A DNA stretch of 64,000 nucleotides, from NCBI RefSeq assembly GCF_009914755.1, contig NC_060926.1. One strand, written 5' to 3'. Shown in pieces: positions 56,488-64,000 of the stretch. Position numbers and translations under genes: made by a program. Numbering within the stretch: position 1 is the stretch's first letter; the number at the start of each line of letters is the position of its first letter. The notes beneath the pieces are model-generated. The model saw only the letters and a list, made by a program, of their open reading frames with translations, made no database searches and was not told where the DNA came from. This DNA comes from the human T2T-CHM13v2.0 reference genome, Homo sapiens.

Positions 56488-56899
56488 CTAATTTAGTTCA
56501 TAGGTTACGGTTTGCTGATTCCTAAGATAGAGCATTACAGTGTCTGTTTCAGATGGGAAGTAAGTCTTCCTATGGCATGTTCAGGCCCTCCTTTTCAGGG
56601 AATGAGAAAGAGTGGGGAGGGTATTTCAACAAGTAATAAATTGCAGAATACCCTCCCCACAAAAATACACATATGTCAGACTCTTTATTATGGTAAAAGC
56701 ACAAAACAGGTCATCTTTTTGTGGAAATGCTGGAGTCTACCTTTTCCTTTTTATCTTCTGATTTTTGTTCCTAAAATAAAATCCCAAGTGATGTTGCCTC
56801 ATTCCAAGTCAGTTTTGTAGACCATGTAACATGTCTTAATACACTGTATGGGGAAAAAATAAAAGTTAGCCTTAGATTTCTTTGTTTTCTATGGTTATT

Positions 56900-57000
56900 G
56901 TTGTACAGAAGAAAGACAAACTGTAAATAATGTATATTTAATAAAGAGAACATTTTGTATGATTTTGTGTGGAAGACAAATGTGCCTTGCTGTGTTTTCT
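56900..57000 (+). terminator. Distal poly(A) site cassette
   Basis: AATAAA at 56940-56945. Three upstream TGTA (CFIm) motifs at 56902, 56922 and 56931. GU/U-rich downstream sequence (ttttgtgtgg...tgtgccttgctgtgttttct). Confidence 0.75.
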
Positions 57001-57599
57001 TGAGTTAATGAAGAGTCAAACAATTAATCCCTTAGCTCCCATTCTCAATCCTTAGACCATTAACTCACAGACAACATAACCTGTGGGGTTGCTGGAGAAA
57101 CACGAAACTCCCACTGGCTGGGTTTATTGATTTCAGCATGGCTAAAAGTGCTGTCCTGGGCTCCCTCATCGCTGAGCTGAGTTATCCCAGGCGACACGCC
57201 TGGCTCAAATGTGTACAAGAGCAAGCTCATTGATTCAGTCAATGTCAGCTTCAGTGTTCTGGAGCCACCTTGGTTTCAGCTACCCACGTGAAACTTCAGA
57301 CTCTCCTCCATCCTCATCAGTGCCCACTCACAGGAACTGTATTTATTCTGCCTCCTGCCCTACATCTTTTTCTTACAAAGGACCTTAACCCTATGTGTTT
57401 GAGACTAAACAAACACTGCTGTGAAACAGAACCCACTTCATGTGGTGCTTATTAAGCCTTCTATGTATGAGGTAGTCAGCACACACACACAGAAATTTAA
57501 AACGGACGGTAATTTCAACAGAAGAGAGACACTACCAGATTTACCCTTAAGTAAAACCTAACTTGGTTTATGGTCCTTTGGAGAAGGGACAATAGCAGG

Positions 57600-58420
57600 A
57601 TAGGAGAAGAGGAGGAGAGAACAGTTAGGGGCCATTTCAAAAGCCTGAGGGAGGGTGGTGCTGGCTTGGACTAGCACTGTAGTAGGAAAGATTCTAGTAG
57701 TAGCTGGGTCTGGACAGAAACAACAGGGATGGTGGATTGGAAAGAGAGTGTGTGGGGGAGAAAACAATCAAGAAAGCTTGGATTTGGGGCTTATGCACCT
57801 GAGTAGATTGGTGCAGAGTTTTTGTTTTATTTTGTTTTGGAAAATGGTGTCTGTAAAATGAGAAGGGTAGACAAGTTTAATTTCAGATTTTGTTAAATTT
57901 GAGGTTTAACTAGGCAGCAAGTATAGATGGAAGGTAAGTGGCTGGGTACATGTCTGCAGTTCAGCAGTGAGGTCTGGTTCGCAGACACTTGAGAGATGTG
58001 TATATGTGTATATGTCTACGTATGAATAGGTATATCCACACACACGGCCATGTGTGCATACACACACATGCACACAAGTTGGCATCATCTACGGCAGGAG
58101 TATAACTAGGACATAGGTCTAGAAACAATGGATGTTCTAGAAGGATAAGCTACACAAGGGAACCTGTAAAGGTGCACTGAAGGACGAGGAAAACCAGGTG
58201 AGTCAGTTGGAGCCCTGACTACAAAGTGCTTCATCAGGAGGAAGCAGAGAGTTATTAGATGCTACTGAGAAACTAAGACAGGTGAGAATAAATAAAAGCC
58301 ACAGGCCTAGCAAGATTAAGGCACTGATGACCCTTTCTAGAGCCATGTAATGAAGAAGTTGGGAGAAAATATGATTGGAGTCAGCTGAAAAGTTGGTGAA
58401 GCGCTGGGGAGGCGTGGAAC
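57600..58420 (-). mobile_element. L2 remnant
   Basis: gtggtgctggcttggactag..., attagatgctactgaga...gcactgatgaccct motifs. Confidence 0.6.
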
Positions 58421-59029
58421 AAGGCTCAGGGCCTATGAGCAGTAGAGACGCGTGAACATCAGAGCCTGGAAGACTGGGGCTCAAATAACATAAAACCCCT
58501 TTCCCTAATTTTGTGATTTGAAATAAATTAACCAATGTAACCCTTATATTTTGCAGATAAAAATTGGGAAACAAAATAAAACCAAACCAAAACAACTTCA
58601 CAGATCCTGAGGATTGAATGAGATCATGCACACTCACCAACCATGGAGATTACATGGTCAGGGGCTCTCTACAATGCTGTGTGTCATTACTTAATTTTTT
58701 CATCGTATTCTAATCTATAGGAAATAAACACACATATCACACAGAATCAAATAAAGTGAGGCATAGAAAAGGCAATCATGCTTAGTTCGGCATGAGGGGG
58801 TCAATCGTGATTTGTAAGCAAATCGGGCTAGAAATAAGTCTAATTCTGGCTCTGCCATAAATTAGGTCTGTGACCTTTAATAAATCATATGCCGAGAGCC
58901 TTTGAGATGTCTCCCTTGAAAGAAAGGTTGTGAACCTAAATAATGAAATGAATCAATTATCTTAAAAGAAATGTGATAATTTGTGACAGCAAAGAAATTG
59001 GCCTTACAGGCTTTTAGACAGAGTCATGA

Positions 59030-59346
<317 letters not shown>

Positions 59347-59953
59347 AGCATGTTAACTCTTTTAATTGGTAGCTGAGGGATAGTAAGTGGATAAGTGCCT
59401 TCTCATCTCGTCTCTGAGTTTCAATTCCTCGTCACTCAAAAGATTTTATTGTATTTTTTTGTTTTGTTTTAAGCTATTAAATTTGTGGTAATTTGTTACA
59501 CAGCAATAGAAAACTAATACAATCATATTCCTTAGCGGCCTCATCATCAACCTAAGCATGGTACCGCATAGGAATAACAGCATCTTCCTCATAAGGCTGT
59601 TATAGGGATACCATTAGTTTAATTTTGTTAAAGGCTTAGAACAGTCTGTGGTACATATATGAGTGTTTTTAGGTTGTCAAAAGGTGTTTAAACAATATTC
59701 ATATCCTCAGAAAAAATTTTAGCTTCTCTCCCTTCTTTTATCATGAGCTTGATTCTAGTGGCATAGCAGAATCAGAGTAAAACGGGAAGTTCATGAAGGA
59801 CTATGTTAGTTTGAGGTCTCTTTTTCATCCCTGCATTTGGTGTAGGCCAATGAATTAAAGGAGAAAAAGATGTCTTTTAGTCCAAGCAGACATACAGTAT
59901 GTGGGGGAAAAAAAAAACTAAAGTTATTTAAAAATACTCAAATTTGTAAACGA

Positions 59954-60269
59954 TGTCTTAGCCCATTCAAACTGCTATAACAAAATACCATAAACTGGGT
60001 GGTTTATAAACAAGAGAAATTTATTGCTTACATTTCTGGAGGCTGGAAGTTCAAGATCAGGGTGCCAGCAAGGTCAGGCCATCTGCTCTTGCATCCTCAT
60101 GTGGTAGAACGTGGAAGAGGGAGCTCTGTTGAGTCTATTTTACAAGAGCACTAATCCCATTCATGAGGGCTCCACACTCAGAAGGCCTCACTGTCTAATA
60201 CGCTCACTTTACAGGTTGGGTTTTCAGTGTATGAATTTTGTGGGGAATGCAAACATTCAGCCTACTGCA
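59954..60269 (-). mobile_element. MLT1A-like LTR
   Basis: tgtcttag...ctgctataacaaaataccataaactgggtgg...aaacattcagcctactgca. Confidence 0.85.
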
Positions 60270-60797
60270 AAGTCGGTATGCATTTATTTTAATTTTCATG
60301 GTGGTTCAAAAAGAAACTTCTCCTGGCCTCTTATCAGGTAAATAATCTCACAGTGCCTGCTCCTCTGAGCCAGAGGCCAGGCTGAAAAGCATTTTGAATG
60401 CATGAGAGCAATGGCTGAGCTCAGTCTGACACCAACACACAGGGGTTGCTGAGAGCCAAGTCCATGAATGTGAAATCCTTCCATGGGGAGGAAACAGGAG
60501 CCCTAATGACAGCGCTGACTGGTAGAAAAGGTAAATCCAGTTCAGCCATGTCCTCTGAAGCACTCCAACTGTTGGAAAGGGTCTTAGAGAATTCAAACCT
60601 GTCTTACAGCACATCTTTCACCTGCGTGGAGGAGAAATGCCATCAGCTGAAAGTGCACAAGAATGCTCTCTGTGAAAGGGCAGACATGGCAGCTCTCACT
60701 TTCCTGACACTTTGGTTTGGAGACTGTGACATCCTGTCCCTCTCTCCCAGGACCCTTGGTTGTGTGTGAAGCTCTTATTTAAGAAATACAGGCTTTA

Positions 60798-61166
60798 TTT
60801 CTATGAAGTGTTTAGAATAGTCAACGTCATAGAGACAGAAAGTAGAATGATGGTTGCCAAGGATGGCGGGAGGTGCAGGGGGTGGTAACAAAAAGAAAAT
60901 GAAGAGTCACTATTTGATGACTACTGAGGTTCAATTCCATCTTTCCGAGCAATTTGGGAAGATGCAAAGAGTTCTGAAGATGGACGGTGGTGATGGTTGC
61001 ACAACAATGTTAAGTGTACTTAATATCACTGAACTTGACTTCCTGCTAGCAAGGATTAAAAGAAAATTTTTTAAGAAACCACTGAACTATATACAAAAAA
61101 ATGTGCAAAGATGGTACATATTGTTATGTGTACTTAACCGCAATTTTAAAAAATTGGGGAAAAAAT
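60798..61166 (+). mobile_element. L1MB 3' end
   Basis: catagagacagaaagtagaatg...gttctgaagatggacggtggtgatggttgcacaacaatg; TSD-like aaatacaggcttta / aaatgctggcttta. Confidence 0.85.
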
Positions 61167-62312
61167 AAATGCTGGCTTTATGAAGAGAATTAGAATGAGT
61201 CAAATATCTTCATGAATGTACAATAGTAATAAATAAAATAATAGAATATTACCATTTTTGCAGATCTATTGTGTGTACAGTTCTTTATATGTTACCTCTT
61301 ATTGTCATAATAAAACCATCAGGGGCAATATTTTTCTCATTCTGTAGATAAGAACATCTAGCCTAAGAAAATTAAGTTGTTAAAAGTAATACATAGTCTG
61401 ATGTCACAAACACTTGAATTCAACATCCATTTGTTCATTATTATCAATGTGGCTTTGGGCAAAGCTCTTACCCTGTTATTCAATTTCTCACCTGGAAAAC
61501 TGGAATTTTTCTATTTTCAGGAAACAATACCTACTTCCCAGAATCATACTGCTGGCTAGTGGAGCTGGTAAATATCTAACACATTTTGGCTTAAACCACA
61601 CCTTGCTCAACCTAGGTGCTCCACAACTAATTCAAGTGATTCATTTTCACTGTAGTGCAACTGCTCTGTCCCAGAATTCTTCTGCTTAATGAAACTACAA
61701 AAAGCAAAAATCAACAACAAAAAACATCTCCCTCCAAAAACATAAAGAGATACTAAAGAGAGTTGGTAAAGGCCATTAATATGAAAATGAGGCTTTCTCA
61801 GGCGAGCTACACTGAACCAACCTTGAAACAGAGGCAGCAAGAGAGTGGGACACAGTACTGTTAGAGTCATTCCATGCCCACCAGCATTGCTTCCTGATGT
61901 GCCTACTCTCAGGACCAATCCTTGGTGAGTCGGGAGAGCAACTGGAATTTTTTTGTGGATGTCTAAGACGGTAAAACATTCCCTGGAGGAATAATATTTA
62001 CCTAAAGCTGGGGCCAATAGGAAACATCTTTTAGTACATAAACTTATGACCAAGTAGAAATCAAGTGCTCTCACCAGTAAACAGAGAGAACTTATTCAGC
62101 ACGCATGGCACCCATCTTGGAATCTCGAGGGTACATTCATGTAAGAGTTCACTCCTATCCTGCGGGTCTTCCCTTTGGGTTTCTGTGAAGGAGCTGGTAA
62201 GCTGGTAAGCTTATTGAGCAAACCCTATGATGCAACGTTAATTGAGAGCCTGCAGTGTGTTAGATGCTAAACATCCCATTTATGCTTTCTCTATTTAAAT
62301 TCTAACAAGCGG

Positions 62313-62476
62313 TAGTCACAGCTACTAGGGAAGCTAAGGTGGGAGAATCACTAAGGCCAGGAGTTGAAAGCTGAAATGATCTGTGATGACACCTGTGAAT
62401 AGCCACTGCACTCCAGCTTCGGCAACATAGCGAGAACCCCTCTCTAAAAAATAAACACACAAATAATTAAGTAAAT
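62313..62476 (+). mobile_element. 5'-truncated FAM (fossil Alu monomer, 7SL-derived)
   Basis: cctgtgaatagccactgcactccagc...caacatagcgaga; 16-bp TSD aaattctaa(c/a)aag(c/t)gg at 62297-62312 and 62477-62492. Confidence 0.8.
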
Positions 62477-62636
62477 AAATTCTAAAAAGTGGGCAAACTT
62501 AGAAATCAAGCTGCTAGAAGACAAATAGACAGGGATCAACTCAGTGTCTGTCTGCATATAGGTTCTTTAGCATTTTATTTGACATGAAACAATATCTTCT
62601 TATTTTATCATTCCTTAGAATGTGTGAAATGACTTT

Positions 62637-62951
62637 CTTTCTTTTTTTTTTTTTTTTTTTTGAGACAGAGTCTCACTCCGTTCCCCAGGCTGGAGTGCAG
62701 TGGTGTGATCTCAGCTCACTGCAACCTCCACCTCCTGGTTCAAGCGATTCTCCTGCCTCAGCCTCCTGAGTAGCTGGGATTACAGGCATGCACCACCATG
62801 CTCAACTAATTTTGCTAATTTTTGTACTTTTAGTAGATATGAGGTTTCGACATGTTGGCCAGGCTGGTCCCGCACCCCTGACCTCAGGTCATCAGCCTGC
62901 CTCTGTCTCCCAAAGTGCTAGGATTACAGGCGTGAGCCACCACACCTGGCC
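62637..62951 (-). mobile_element. AluSx-like element
   Basis: TSD tgtga(a/g)atgacttt at 62623-62636 and 62952-62965. Confidence 0.95.
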
Positions 62952-63506
62952 TGTGAGATGACTTTTTGTGTTAATATTGTAGTGTCTAATACTACTCTTA
63001 TTTTATATTATCCGTGAGAAACTACTCATTCCCTCCCTAATTCATTGACTCTTTAAACAAATGTTGGTCAGCCCTTTTGATGTATATTTTGTGTAAGATA
63101 ATGGGAATAATCACATAATAAGACGTGGCTTCTGCTTGCTAGGGGCCATGGTGATGTAGTGGAGGTCAGCAGGTGAGCAACAAGCCTGTATAGCAGGTGC
63201 TGTAGAGAATAACCCAGTGTTCTGATTAGCACATATGAGAGGGCACCTGGCTGAGGGAGCTGTTGTTCCAGCTGTGTCTCCCAGGCCTAGAGCATGATTA
63301 AAATTTAGGTGGAAAATAGTACTCAAGAGAGAGGAAGTAGCATTTGAAAGAAGACAATTCAGGAAATTGTACATAGCTCAATATAGGTTAGAATAAGTTT
63401 AGAAAATTGTTGTTTAAAAATGACAGACGGCACAGCAAAGACGGGAGAATGACCTTTTATATCAAAGTTTCCACTTATGGGCTAAGGGAACAAAGGCAAC
63501 AAATAG

Positions 63507-64000
63507 TGAGAGGTGAAGCCAGCTGGACTTCGTGGGTCAAGTGGGGACTTGGAGAACTTTTCTGTTTTACAAGAGGATAGTAAAATGCACCAATCAGCAC
63601 TCTGTAGCTAGGACTGTAAAACCCACTAATCAGCACTCTGCAGCTAGCCAGAGGTTTCTAAAATGCACCAATCAGTGCTCTGTAAAAATGCACCAATCAG
63701 TGCTCTGTGGCTAGCTAGAGGTTTGTAAAATGTGCCAATCAGTACTCTGTAAAAATGCACCAATCAGCACTCTGTGGCTAGCTAGAGGTTTGTAAAATGG
63801 ACCAATCAGTGCTCTGTGGCTAGCTTAGAGGTTTGTAAAATGGACCAATCAGCACTCTGTAAAATGGACGAACCAACACTCTCTAAAATGGACCAATCAG
63901 CAGGACATGGGTGGGACAAATAAAGGAATAAAAGCTGGCCACCCCAGCCAGCAGTGGCAGGCCACTTGGGTCACCTTCCATACTGTGGACGCTTTGTTCT
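63507..64000 (+). mobile_element. LTR12 (ERV9) LTR, runs off the window end
   Basis: Starts tgagaggtgaagccagctggact; tandem tgtaaaatgcaccaatcagcactc units; AATAAAA TATA-like box at 63927. Confidence 0.93.

Larger units (their letters stand above)
50050..56965 (+). other. CNTNAP5: CNTNAP5 3'UTR (short form ~1 kb, long form ~6.9 kb)
   Basis: Follows the stop codon. Repeat-poor compared with the introns. Ends at a strong poly(A) cassette near 56940; the exact end is inferred. Confidence 0.7.

Noticed and set aside
63560-63900. Repeat-spacer-like array that could be mistaken for CRISPR
   Set aside because: These are the U3 tandem units of LTR12 in a primate genome; no unique spacers and no cas genes.

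Overview
Primate (most likely human) genomic DNA: AT-rich, CpG-depleted, with Alu, L1, L2, MIR, MaLR and ERV9 repeats. It holds the 3' end of CNTNAP5 (Caspr5, neurexin family) on the + strand. Five coding exons (1057-1187, 5426-5513, 38630-38848, 47228-47299, 49853-50049) splice in frame with canonical AG/GT sites. They encode the end of the last laminin-G domain, the stalk, the transmembrane helix and a tail ending in the PDZ ligand EYFI*. A 3'UTR follows, with a proximal poly(A) signal (51035) and a well-formed distal one (56940), then an LTR12 at the right edge. Almost all other listed ORFs are spurious. I found no new protein-coding system. The main unexplained structure is a near-perfect 270-bp direct duplication (17531-17800 / 22961-23230). 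Flanking repeat fossils identify donor and recipient, and both junctions show microhomology, consistent with a very recent template-switch insertion. The two copies bracket an ~800-bp UG/UGCAUG-rich block. Other observations: candidate intronic poly(A) sites that would give soluble Caspr5, a candidate UG-flanked poison exon, a twin-primed L1, an apparently duplicated Alu pair and small templated insertions. Repeat subfamily names come from recalled consensus sequences, not a RepeatMasker run, and repeat boundaries are approximate.
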